64,000 nucleotides of DNA from Paramoeba atlantica (lineage: Eukaryota; Protista; Discosea). Below the pieces are notes generated by a model that saw only the letters and a program-made list of their open reading frames with translations, made no database searches and had not been told where the DNA came from. Shown one piece after another: positions 32,081 through 42,815 of the stretch (positions are counted from its first letter, which is position 1; each line of letters opens with the position of its first letter). The DNA lies in assembly GCA_977017575.1 (NCBI GenBank), contig CDRNVI010000085.1, positions 29,013 through 93,012 of the forward strand. Reading direction: 5' to 3'. A program made the translations under genes and the position numbers.

Positions 32081-32628
32081 ATATGTCAGGGCATCCGGCT
32101 TATGTCGGATGATGGGACTTAGCGATCCCAGCTTCCCGAGCTAACTCACCCGGCGTCGCATAACAAGACGCTAAAGAACTAGGGTGAATACGATGAATAC
32201 AATATGGATGACACTACCCGGTGCCAGTAAAACGAGGCACTAAATAATTAGGGTGGATGTCATTCTGGCAACGTAGAATGGGTGGCACCGCCCGGTACCG
32301 AATATAACAAGGTACTAAGAAACTAGGGTGGGTGCCATTCGGGCTAATCTTTGGAATGTGTTTGTGTTTTTTTTTATCCACCCTCAAAAGATAGAGTGGT
32401 TTTTTTTGGTCAAGGGGCGCCTTATTTGCATTACCTAAGGCGCAGGGGTATAGCGCACCCCACCTCCCTAGCTGTAACCTAACTCCTCTCCAAACGGAGG
32501 TCAGCCGTAGCTTGCTATGGCTGGCTCTCCGGATACGTCGCAAGACGTATTCGGACTGCCCGTTTGGGGAGTTGAGGGGCCATAACTTTTCGGAGTCAAA
32601 AGGCCCAATACATCATCATCATCATCAT
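32081..32628 (+). mobile_element. Non-coding element with RTE-type (CAT)n tail (SINE or truncated LINE 3' UTR)
   Basis: TSD CATGAAGAATGAACA at 32066-32080 and 32629-32643. The last ~150 nt are nearly identical to 42639-42784 of the RTE-like LINE. Confidence 0.9.
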
Positions 32629-32840
32629 CATGAAGAATGAACACGAGAAGACAGCAGCAGAATTGAATGCAATACCGAGATTCCAAAATATCATAAAGCG
32701 AACGAAGGAGGCGAACAATCACTTAGATTCAACGTGCAACTACGTAAATCCATATCTTTTTCGTTACACTCGAATGATGCGCCTAGGAATTGCTCTAAGT
32801 AATGTGTCAGGCGAGATTACATGCCCTGGATGTGGAACAA

Positions 32841-35178
32841 ATTTTTTTTTTTTTTTTTTTTTGCGTTTTCCATTAGTTGTTCAGGGGTGAACTTTGCATT
32901 TGACACCGTACAAGTATGTACAACAGTTACGTCATACAATATCTCTCCCTGGTGAAAGCCGAGCTGCGCATTCATGCTTTTTTTTTCCGAAAACGAAAGC
33001 GTTCGTTTATACTAAATTATCTTTTTTTTTTTTTTTTTTTTTGCACACTAATAAAATAACTTGTAAGAGTTTTTTTTTATGTGCCACGAAGGGCCATTAT
33101 GTCAATCATCCTAAATTTCTAAACGTATACTTCTACTCCAGCTAATCTGTAGTTTTTTTTTTGTTTCCTTTATTCTAGATTCATTTCCCAAAATCATATC
33201 CCTAAAGTCGCATCTGCTGCTGTGGTAATTCCATATTTTTTTAGGTGGCTTGATAAAGTCGATCCTGTCAGCTCTTGCATGTATAAACAAAAATCCTGGC
33301 ATATGAATTCGCGGTCTATCTGGCACCTGTCCGCGAGATTGTGTAGCAGATTACGGGTATTCACGTGGAGCAAGCCTCCGGAGAGAACTGGTAAGCACTC
33401 AAACTGTTCAGCAGGGATTTTGTTCGTTTTGACATACGTATCGTTTTTTCTTTTCGCCGCGTCTTTCATTAGTTGCCAGCTCTTTTTCCCTAGATTCGAT
33501 GGAGAAAATTCATGTATGACCGTAAAGTCATAAAATACAGCTCCCGAAACCCAGTGGATTAAAAGATCAGGTCCTGACCGTTGTAGTTTGCGGTTCTTGC
33601 ATCTATGGTGATGCTCTTTTTGTTGTTCGTCGTTCAAGGTTGCTGAGCAACCTAAACAACGGTACGATGCGAATTGTCGTGGTTCTCGTTCACACGGTAT
33701 CCCGGCTTTCAAGCATAGCTCGTATATATACCTAACAAGCGCATTATGCTTTGTTGTCGCGTTGCTTCCTGGGCATGTAGAACATCCTGGAATATGTGTT
33801 AATGCTTTTTTCGAGTCCAGAATTAACCTACAACCGGGACATAAAATACTGTCGGGAAGTTGTTGTAAAGGTAGTCCTAGTCGGGGGCGAATCGCTAAAC
33901 TGAATTGAAGGGATGGCACCAACCTAGCACTAGATTGTAACCATTCGTAGTTGCCTTTCTCACTCGACATTTGTATGATTTTTGCTTTATCCGGATCTTC
34001 CATTAGTTGCTTTCGGACCTTCTGGTGATGCATTTCAGCCTTAGTTTCTGTGTTTACATTAGTAGATCCACGTTCCGCTTGAGCAGTGTTAGAGTTTAAA
34101 TGCTCGAAAGCAGAATTTTTGGATGCAATGTAAGCAGATTCCCTAATAGGCATTGTGGAAGAGAGACCGAGACCGCCTAATTTTAATGGCATTCTCGCCC
34201 AGGAAATTTGTTCTGCCGTCAACTCTCCGAACCATGAGTTCAAAACATTGTCCACCTTCATGTCGAATTCTTTACAGAGTTGTTCTGTCACTTCTGGTTT
34301 ATGTGTCCGCATGTGATACGTCTGGCGGACGTTTACACATTTGGAGAGGATGCGTAATGAAATGTTGTTGATGCCCATCTTTTGCAGTCGGCGGAATATC
34401 GTACTCTTGTTTTGCAGCTTCCGCAGCAGTAGTTCGCTAACCCGATCGCTTTGACCAATGTACGCGCCCAAAAATTTCATCGCCTCGGTTTCCGTTTTCA
34501 CGCCCTCTGCTGCCAGCTCTACTGGAATTGGGTTTTCCGAGATCCCTGTAAACCAAATGCATTTTTGTTTTGCTAGAACTAACCGTTTTTCACCGAGTAG
34601 TGTCTGCAGCCTAAAAAATGCCTTTGAAAGCATTGTAGGATCCCGTGCCGCCATGTTCACATCATCAATGTAGGCAAAGATGCGCACCTCGGGAAATTCT
34701 AAAGCTAAGTTTTCCAATATTGGTTGCATTAAAGTGCAGAAAAACACGGTAGCGAGCGACGAACCTTGTCGAACTCCAGCACAGCTGTTCACAATTCCAT
34801 GAAGCTGGCCATTCGATCCGTAATACAGCAGTTCCGATGGTTCCGCATATTGAGCCGCGAAAAATTTGTAGAATGGGCGCAGTGATTCGTATGAAAACAA
34901 AGCAGACGCAATTTCGTCTCGAGGTGGAGAATTAAAGGCATTTGCAATATCCAATGATAGAATGTTTTGCCCATCTTCATATATTTCTCGCAGCTGGTGA
35001 ACAATTTTCTCACACCCTGATTGCTGCAATACGCCATATTGAAGTGGCGTGAAAAATGTTTCCAGCGTTGTCTCGTAACGTTGCAACAGAACAAGGCCTG
35101 CTAATTTGTCCAGCACTTCGCCCATCGCGACTGGTCGGATATTATCATCTGGCTTAGGGAGTGCCACCAAGCGGGCCC
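32841..35178 (-). mobile_element. 5'-truncated CRE-clade element (family C)
   Basis: TSD GGAACAA at 32834-32840 and 35179-35185. Poly(A)21 at 32842-32862. Open RT-RLE ORF 33194..35178 (GVRQGSSLA, AYIDD, RSGPDL, FYDFTVIH). Confidence 0.92.
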
Positions 35179-36001
35179 GGAACAATCGAAACATCAAGCA
35201 AAATCATTCCTCACGTAGCGGGATGTTCACGATGTGCTGGCATGAATTGCACGAGAAAACATTCTCATTTGGTACGCTATATTGCCGAAATGTGTTCCAA
35301 AGCTGGTCTTCCATGTGCGATCGAACCTCGTATTCATGCGTCCTTTTTTTGCACCAAATGCAAGTGCTCAATTTCCCCAGAAGCGGCGGAATACCATCCT
35401 TGCCGAGCGCGTCGAATTAGATCTGGCCCAGACCTAGCGATTATGTGGCCAGATGTTGGAGAAATTTTATACGACGTTACCGTGGTACATACGTGCTGCA
35501 GCAGCTATGCAAAGCAGAGCAGCAATGCCCTGCTGCAGAGTGCGGAAGAGCGGAAGATAGCAAAATATGTCAAAGAAAAAGGTCTTGATCCAGAATGCTT
35601 TCGCTGCATAGCTGTGACAGATTGTGGAGTACTACATGAAGAGACAAAGGTTTTGCTGAAAACATTGGCGAAAAGAAATGATGTTGATTACAAGATTGTA
35701 CGAGAAGCTTTTCAACTTGAACTGGAAAAATATTCAGCCTATGCAGTCGTCTCTCAATTGCGCCAATATATAGAAACCGAGAAATGGGTAGGAGGACTCC
35801 GTCTTTAAACACTCCTCTGAATATTACATTTTCGCTGCTTTTAACATTTCGTTAATAATGTTTCGTTGCTTTCAGCCTTTGGTGATTAATAATGTTTCGT
35901 TGCTTTCAGCCTTTGGTGATTACTGTTTCGCTGCTTGGTTAGGTTTCAGCCTTTGGTACCAAATGTAAAGCTCACGTTTCCGAGGGAGAGATAGAAAAAC
36001 A

Positions 36002-37762
36002 GGGTAGGGGGGACCTTCGATGAGTACTCATCGAAAGTCTACAACTTTCCGTGAGTCTCATCGAGAGTCTACAACTTTCGATGAGTACTCATCGAAGCGT
36101 TTTTGAGCGACCCTAATAGAGATTTTCGAGATTTTTTTATTACTCACCGAAGCGTTTGTGGCAAACAAACTGAAGCGTTTGCATAAAACAAATTCACAAT
36201 CCTTCGGAAGGGGTGGACACAGGTTCCCAGTGCGCTACCCGCGTGCTGGAGCGTGCGGGGCGCCAAAAGATATTATTATGTCCCATGGTCAAAAGAGAAT
36301 CCGAACTCCTAATCGATAATAGAAGCTAAGTCAGACTGCATAATTTACAAAAAGAAAACATATGATCTACTCATAGTCTGATGGCCATCAACGTAACGGA
36401 AACATGATACCTTAAAAGTTTACGAAAAGAATTGTACAATGGAAATTTTGATTTCTGAGAATTATATTTACGTTAGTTGGCCGACGGGCATTGTACGTTT
36501 GTTATTCATAAACTAGTTTATATAGTGACACAAAGCATTATACAGTGAACTGGTAATAGAGCGCGTTTTTATCCTTTGAAACTTTTTGGCGGGTGGTCCC
36601 CGCGTGGACACCCGTTCGAGAAAGGGAGGGAAGGGAGTTCTCTCCAGGAAAAAGTTCATGAGGTATATAAAATAGATTTGATACTTACTTCGCGAAGTTG
36701 ATATTACAGTACTGGTGAAGATAATGTCTTTTACTCTGTTGTCCATGATGGATGTTATATTTCGGTAGCTCTGTAGTTCTACAGATTAAACATTACAGTT
36801 TACATACGCTTACTATATCTGATTGACTATATGTTTTTCTTCCGGAAGTGCAATTCACGTTAAAACCGGCAAAATAGCTGAAGAATCCGTCCTACAAAAA
36901 ACAACAGGGCTACGCTCACAGTTGGGCCTTGCCTCTGGACAATCCTGCGGAAGGGGTAGACGGGTTGGGGGTACGTTCGTTGAGTTCTCAACGAACGGAA
37001 ATTTACGGTGGAAGTCAAGGACTTTTGTGGAACACCCAAGATTTTTTTTTGATTTTCCTTTTCCGTGCGTTCAGTATCCTACACTTCACTACATACGTTG
37101 ACAACGCCTCCGTAGCGAAAACTACGAAATTCAGTGAGCTTCGCAAATTGCTTCCCACTAACGACGCACAGGGGAATCCTACGCGGGGTACGGCTCAGGC
37201 CCGCTCACGCGGGCCCTCGCCGTTTCGCGGCCGCGCGCACCCCCGCTCACGCGGGGGCCCCCGCGCGGCCAAAATGGGTACTAAAATTTGTTATCAAGGT
37301 AGTTGAGCTTCGCAAATTGCTTCCCACGAATCTAGAGAGAAGCACACGTACAATAATCTTTAACGATAAAGATACAGTTTCCGTACCTTGTTGATTATTT
37401 ACTTTTTTTTACCTTTCATGGGAGTGTTCACACGCTCCCAAGCAAAAGAATCAGGAGTAGTCCTGAGATTTTGCCGCTCCCTCCTGCCCGCCGGAAAAAG
37501 AAGGCCGTGATGCCAACTCCTCCTCCGCCCGCCGTGCCAATATCCACCACCTCCGCATGGAGCGCACGGGTCGCCAAAAAATATTATTATGTCCCAGGGC
37601 TACGCTCACAGTTGGCCCTTCGCAAAAAATTGATAAAATACGAAAAATTGAAAAAGTCAAAAACACCTTCGATGAGTACTCATCGAAAGTCTACAACTTT
37701 CCGTGAGACTCATCGAAAGTCTACAACTTACGATGAGTACTCATCGAAGGTCCCCCCTAGCC
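36002..37762. mobile_element. Non-autonomous DNA transposon-like element (32-bp TIRs, 8-bp TSD), Merlin-like termini
   Basis: TIR GG(G/C)TAGGGGGGACCTTCGATGAGTACTCATCG at both ends. TSD GAAAAACA at 35994-36001 and 37763-37770. Excision restores the host reading frame. No transposase ORF seen. Confidence 0.85.
37355..37393 (+). other. Longest SL exon copy (39 nt, one T>C change) joined to the 5' end of a family C-like ORF
   Basis: AATCTTTAACGATAAAGATACAGTTTCCGTACCTTGTTG, then a T-rich UTR and ATG GGA GTG TTC ACA CGC TCC (MGVFTRS; compare MGVVTRS at 40961). The exact 5' boundary is uncertain. Confidence 0.85.
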
Positions 37763-38582
37763 GAAAAACATCCCTGCCGTGCCCGCAGAATCAGATCAGG
37801 CCCCGATCTAGGAATCATGTGGCCTCACATAGGTGAAGTGCTGTGTGACATTACAGTCGTCCACACCGGAAGCCCAAGTTACCTAAAAATGACAGAAGCA
37901 CAACTGCTGCAAAATGCTATTGAAAGGAAAAAGAAAAAGTATGTTTACTCTGGCGGAATAGAAGATGATTATTTTAAATGCATTCCAATGACTGAGAGTG
38001 GTTTTCTTCATGAACATACACGAAAATTAATAACAGCTTTAGCGAAGAGAGCAAATCTGAATGTGAAAGAAGTAGTAGAGGCCTTTCAACTAGAGATTGA
38101 AAAGCTGAATGCGTACACGATTGTCACGCAATTACGCGACAGCCTACCAAAGGCCGCATGGCTAGGTTCTATCAATTCGTAGACCTACACAACTGAAAGT
38201 TTTGATTGATTGATTGATGTAAGCTTGAAAGAGTAATTTTGGTTCCCTCATAGTCAGATGACGAAGTAAAAAAAAAAAAAAATGTATTTTGCTCGCCTTT
38301 GGTTATTTTTGTTTTGCTGCTTGGTGATTATTGTTCCGCAGCTTTCAGCTCTTGGTTGTTACTGTTTCGCTGCTTTGGGTTATCACCGTTTCGCTGCTTT
38401 GAGTCGTCACTTTTTCGCTGCTTTCAGCATTCGGCTATTACTGTTTTGCTTTTTTGAGTAACATGTGAATAAATAAAGGAACGGAAAACACGTGAAACTA
38501 TTATTTTGAGTATACAGCAACATTGTATACTGCCATTGTATACTATAACAAGACGTTAAAGTCGTAGATGAATGTAAAAAAA

Positions 38583-38772
38583 TTTACTTTTATTAAGACC
38601 TTTACTTTTATTAAGACCTTTACTTTTATTAAGACCTTTACTTTTATTAAGACCTTTACTTTTATTAAGACCTTTACTTTTATTAAGACCTTTACTTTTA
38701 TTAAGACCTTTACTTTTATTAAGACCTTTACTTTTATTAAGACCTTTACTTTTATTAAGACCTTTACTTTTA
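38583..38772. repeat. Second array of the 18-bp unit (TTTACTTTTATTAAGACC) x~10.5
   Basis: Same unit and same starting register as 3927-5472. Confidence 0.97.
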
Positions 38773-38778
38773 TTTTTT

Positions 38779-40932
38779 TGGCGTGTTGTACGCATTCTTA
38801 AAATCGATAGTCAAAATGGTGGCTCCTGCTTCGTGTTCTTCCAACAGCTCGTGGACGATAGATTCACATGCATTTTTCTGTAGGATTCCCCGCTGGATAG
38901 GTTGGAATATTTTTGTTAAAGAACTCGCATGTCGCTCAAGAAGTATACATCCACAAATTTTTAGCAAAGTATCCCCCATGGCAACAGGTCGTATTCCATT
39001 GTTAGGTTTTGCAAGGGCGATGATTCTGCATCGAGTGAGTCTTACACGCACACTGTTAGCAACTTCGCCGTTTATGACGTCGCGCAACATATGACAGAGC
39101 GAGAGGCATGATTCTTCATCTTCAACTAATATCGTCATCATGCTCTCGCTCAATCCTGTTGGACCTGGTGCTGCACCTTTTGACAGTTTCGCTGTAGCAA
39201 AGCGTAGTTCAGATGGTTCCAAAATTGCTATTCGCGGAAACTCTTGATCCATGTTTTGTGGTGCAGGACCTTTCGGATGCAGCTCTCGCAGCTTGTCAAC
39301 CTTCGCGCTGAGTGGAAGAGCAGAGTCTTTGTACACATTGTCAAGAATCCGCGTGGCTTTACCTACGTTTCCTGCCTTCGCTGACCGTAACGAATTCCGA
39401 ATCGATCTCTTGTCTGCATCTGACGCAAAACTCCATTCGCGATACGGAAAAAATAGTGTTTGTTCGCTCCCTATTTTTAGCTTTCCAGGGCTAGGGTCAT
39501 AATTCGGAGAGACACGAGCTCGTTGAAGCCGAGGTTTAGCCCTTTGAAGCTGAGGAGCCAAGTCCGCTCAAAGGTATAACACCCTAGAAGACTTGGTCCG
39601 TTGAAGCTGAGGAGCCAAAAACCGTTGAAGCTGAGACTTGATACTCCCGAATATGGCACTAGTTTCTCCTTCGGGAGACGTGGGGCATTCGGAATGAATC
39701 AGGGCTAACACCCAGTTCGCCGAATAGCGAGGGCTTAGCTCTCCACGTGCCCGGGGAAGGAAGTCCTAGGATCTGCGGAGGCAGCAAATCGCTCACCGAT
39801 TTGCATACCCTATTCGAAACTCGCAAGAGTTTCGATGATCCAGCGACCAGGCTCCTTCCCCCAAGTTCCCCTGCTTTCTCAGGGGAGGCGACATCCTTGT
39901 ACTAGGGTAACCGCCTGTAATCACTATCACTATCACTATCACTTGTCTGCATCTAATTCCCTGCGTTCTTCCTCGCTCATATTTTCATTTAAGGTTTCCC
40001 ATTCGCGTCTTCCACGTTTCACCGAACTCTGGCGTCGCAGATATGTTTCCCGAATCGTCGCTAAGGAATCTCGAGGGGTATCTAGAAGCTTGTGCCAGAC
40101 GCTGGTTTTTTCTGTTTCTGTTTTGGCTTTCGGGTATGCTTTGATAATGGATCGAAAAATCGCGACAACGTGAACGGCGAAGGTTGGGTCAATTTCAGCC
40201 ATCTTCGGTAGCGGTTCCAAGTCAGACGTTTGTTCCTCATTGTCGCGCTCCATCTTGCTTTCAGAATTTTGAGAGCTTTCCATTGACACATCAATACTTT
40301 TTATCCTGTTTAAACTGCACGCTTGAATAGACCAAATTTTCACTTTTGCCGAAGGTGGAAGATAGATGAAACCTGTTGGTCCGTTATCTCCTTCGCGTGG
40401 TTTATATGCCACTTTGAGTTTCACCATCCCTTTTCTCACAGTCCTCTTCACAACTTCTCCTTTCGAGTCGTATTTCTGTTCTTGCTTGAAAGCCCATCGC
40501 AGTTCGCACGTCGTTCCTTTGCCCCACTCGTGGATAATAGTATTGATGCGATCTGGAGCCTTAGGAAACTCTTCCTCGTCTCTGCGATCCACTTTCCCAT
40601 CCAACGACATCACGTCAGAATTCTCATCTGAACTGTTCTCTGAAGTGCATTCGGAATTTTCAGAATTACTTCCTCGATCAGAATCTCCCTCGGACAGATA
40701 AGTGCTTTGTGAGTTCGATGGCGAATCTGCGAATTTTATCCTAGTTCGACGGTAGGTGCTGTACACTTCGTGGTCTGCCCAATTCGGTGATAATTCTTTA
40801 GCGTTCATAACCACTCTCACCCTGGGGATTTTCTTCGGTTTGTCTAGGTTTCTTCCCCTCACTTGTGCGGCGTTTTCGGTGTTCATACTTCTAATCGTTT
40901 AACGAAAAAAATGGTCAACAAGGTACAGAAAC
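38779..40932 (-). mobile_element. 5' half of CRE-clade element B2 with a truncated SL (40916-40932)
   Basis: GTTTCTGTACCTTGTTG, 29-nt UTR, ATG at 40886 (MNTENAAQ). ELDADK (39942) joins RSIRNSL (39408) across the insertion below. Confidence 0.88.
39422..39941 (+). mobile_element. Short insertion ending in (ATCACT)n; probable LINE 3' end or SINE of another family
   Basis: TSD CTTGTCTGCATCT at 39409-39421 and 39942-39954. Tandem-repeat tail, internal GTTGAAGCTGAG repeats and several hairpins. Confidence 0.85.
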
Positions 40933-40972
40933 ATCGCCTTGGAGCGGGTGACCACTCCCATAGAAATGTAGA

Positions 40973-42538
40973 CATGCTGAACATTTCAAACGTGCCGATG
41001 AGGACACGTTGAATTGGCTAACCCATATAATAGCACAATGCTGGAAACAAAAATGTATCCCGTCAAGCTGGCTACACGCCTATGTGCTTTGCCTGTACAA
41101 GGGGCCCGGAGCAGGACAAGTGACCGACACGAATGCGTATAGACCTATTACACTGATGAACATAGCATGCAAAGTCTTGGCCAACATAATTTTAATGCGC
41201 GTCGCACCTCGAATAGATCGAAGACTTCTTGAATTCCAATGTGGCTTTAGGAAAAACCGGAGTATTGAAGATGCGGTGTTTTCCATACGACGCATGACGG
41301 AGACAATGCGTAGTAAACGTAAACCCATATACATTCTTTATGTGGATCTTTCGAAAGCCTATGATACAATCCCCAGGGAAGCATTGTGGGAAGTACTGGA
41401 CAAAATGGAAATTACGGGCACGCTTTGTGAAATGATCAAACTAATGTACGCAGGAAATACAGCACAAGTGAAACTCTTCGATGGAACTGAAAGCCACCCT
41501 TTCAACTTATTAAATGGTATCAAACAAGGGTGCTCACTAAGTTGTTCCTTGTTCAATGGCGTAATAGACACTATAATCAGAGCAACACTAGAAGAGACAT
41601 GCCCTGGAGTAACAATCTCATGGCGGATCCCGAAGGGAAGAAAACACCGAGGAGACATTACAGAAGGCAAAGACAAATTAGGCACTTGCCTCTATGCAGA
41701 TGATATAGTGCAGTGGAGCGAAGACGCAACAGAAATTCAGCGCGCCGCTGAAGTACTCGCTGAGACACTTAATACATGGGGTATGCGCATAAACGCAAAG
41801 AAAACAAAGTTCCAAGTTATACAACCAAAGAATCACCCTCAGCGCTGTAGTGCGGAAATCTATATAAACGGTTCAAAAATAGAGCAAGTAAAGGAATATA
41901 AATATTTGGGAACGATTATCGAAGAAGCAACCAAAATGGATGCTGAAATTGAACACCGAATACACTCTGCTCAAACAAAATTTCGAACGATGTTTCCGAT
42001 ATGGAAAAACCACTCACTCTCTCGGAACCTAAAAGCTCGCATGTTTGAATCTTGCATTGTCCCACGGCTTACGCACGGATGCGCAACATGGGCTTTAAAC
42101 AACAAACATTTTCACACTCTCAACAAATCTTATATGCAAATGATAAGACATGCGCTAGGAATCCCCTGGTTCAAATGGAAACGAGAACAAGGGGCCGGCG
42201 CCCAACCAGGAAAAATCTATACTTACGAAGAAATACTTTCCATTTCAGGGCTAGAAAGTTTGCAAATAAAAATTGACTCTAGAGTACTTCAACTAGCAGG
42301 ACACATCGCCCGCATGAGTCCAGATAGAATGCCTAACAAAATTCTATTTGATGTTGAACGGCTGAGAAACCCAAGCCAATATGAGAAAACCTTGCGACAT
42401 GCATTGGAGAGAATCGACATGAAGGAGATAACATGGAAACAAGAAGCCCAGAGTAAGAAGAATTGGAATCAAAAAATAAAAATGCATAAGGAAACCTCAA
42501 AACTAAAACGGCGTCGAATAAGAAAACCTAAAGTTTAG
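40973..42538 (+). CDS. RTE-like reverse transcriptase (endonuclease domain lost by truncation)
   Basis: YRPITL, FQCGFRKNRS, VDLSKAYD, GIKQGCSLS, LYADD, YKYLG and the RTE-type C-terminal LQLAGHIARM..RMPNKIL. No RNase H and no RLE. Confidence 0.88.
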   Translation, partial: HAEHFKRADEDTLNWLTHIIAQCWKQKCIPSSWLHAYVLCLYKGPGAGQVTDTNAYRPITLMNIACKVLANIILMRVAPRIDRRLLEFQCGFRKNRSIEDAVFSIRRMTETMRSKRKPIYILYVDLSKAYDTIPREALWEVLDKMEITGTLCEMIKLMYAGNTAQVKLFDGTESHPFNLLNGIKQGCSLSCSLFNGVIDTIIRATLEETCPGVTISWRIPKGRKHRGDITEGKDKLGTCLYADDIVQWSEDATEIQRAAEVLAETLNTWGMRINAKKTKFQVIQPKNHPQRCSAEIYINGSKIEQVKEYKYLGTIIEEATKMDAEIEHRIHSAQTKFRTMFPIWKNHSLSRNLKARMFESCIVPRLTHGCATWALNNKHFHTLNKSYMQMIRHALGIPWFKWKREQGAGAQPGKIYTYEEILSISGLESLQIKIDSRVLQLAGHIARMSPDRMPNKILFDVERLRNPSQYEKTLRHALERIDMKEITWKQEAQSKKNWNQKIKMHKETSKLKRRRIRKPKV

Positions 42539-42781
42539 AAACATACAAACTAATACCAAATCAGGGCCACCTGGTACCAATATAACGAGGTACTACAAAA
42601 CTAGGGTGAATTCCTGATATATTTCAATATTGGAAACTTAACTCCTCTCCAAGCGGAGGTCAGCCATAGCTTGCTACGGCTGGCTCTCCGGATACGTCGC
42701 AAGACGTATTCGGACTGCCCGTTTGGGGAGTTGAGGGGCCATAACTTTTCGGAGTCAAAAGGCCCAAATCATCATCATCAT
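40973..42781 (+). mobile_element. 5'-truncated RTE-like LINE
   Basis: TSD CATAGAAATGTAGA at 40959-40972 and 42782-42795. (CAT)n tail. Confidence 0.92.
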
Positions 42782-42815
42782 CATAGAAATGTAGAAAGTA
42801 AGGTAATAATTCAAC

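Larger units (their letters stand above)
25491..35954 (+). mobile_element. Full-length CRE-clade element B1 split into four pieces by three nested insertions
   Basis: 25530-27012 + 31024-32080 + 32644-32840 + 35186-35808 = 3360 nt = 1119 aa with no stop. The junctions read IFQ-P-IQRG, KNE-H-EKT and CGT-I-ETS. Confidence 0.92.
35955..38582 (+). mobile_element. 5'-truncated CRE tail (RLE + 3' UTR) interrupted by the TIR element
   Basis: TKCKAHVSEGEIEK (35958-36001) joins HPCRARRIRSGPDLGIMWPH (from 37769). Stop at 38182. The 3' UTR has GTTTCGCTGCTTT-type repeats and runs into the 18-bp array. Confidence 0.82.

Noticed and set aside
32081-32480. Hammerhead or HDV ribozyme, or tRNA head, in the short element
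   Set aside because: There is no CUGANGA/GAAA core, no HDV nested pseudoknot, and no A/B boxes that I could fit.
36005-37759. Tc1/mariner MITE with TA TSD
   Set aside because: The inverted repeat extends past the TA, and only removal using the 8-bp GAAAAACA duplication restores the host frame.
14772-40932. SL RNA genes, or SLACS/CRE1-style insertion into SL genes
   Set aside because: No SL copy is followed by a GT donor, and no SL sequence follows any poly(A). The TSDs are unrelated to the SL.
8770-42815. cDNA concatemer or chimera artefact explaining the SL and poly(A) tracts
   Set aside because: Matching 7-15-bp TSDs and in-frame restoration of host ORFs are not expected from random ligation. 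Read support is still needed for the TSD-less junctions.
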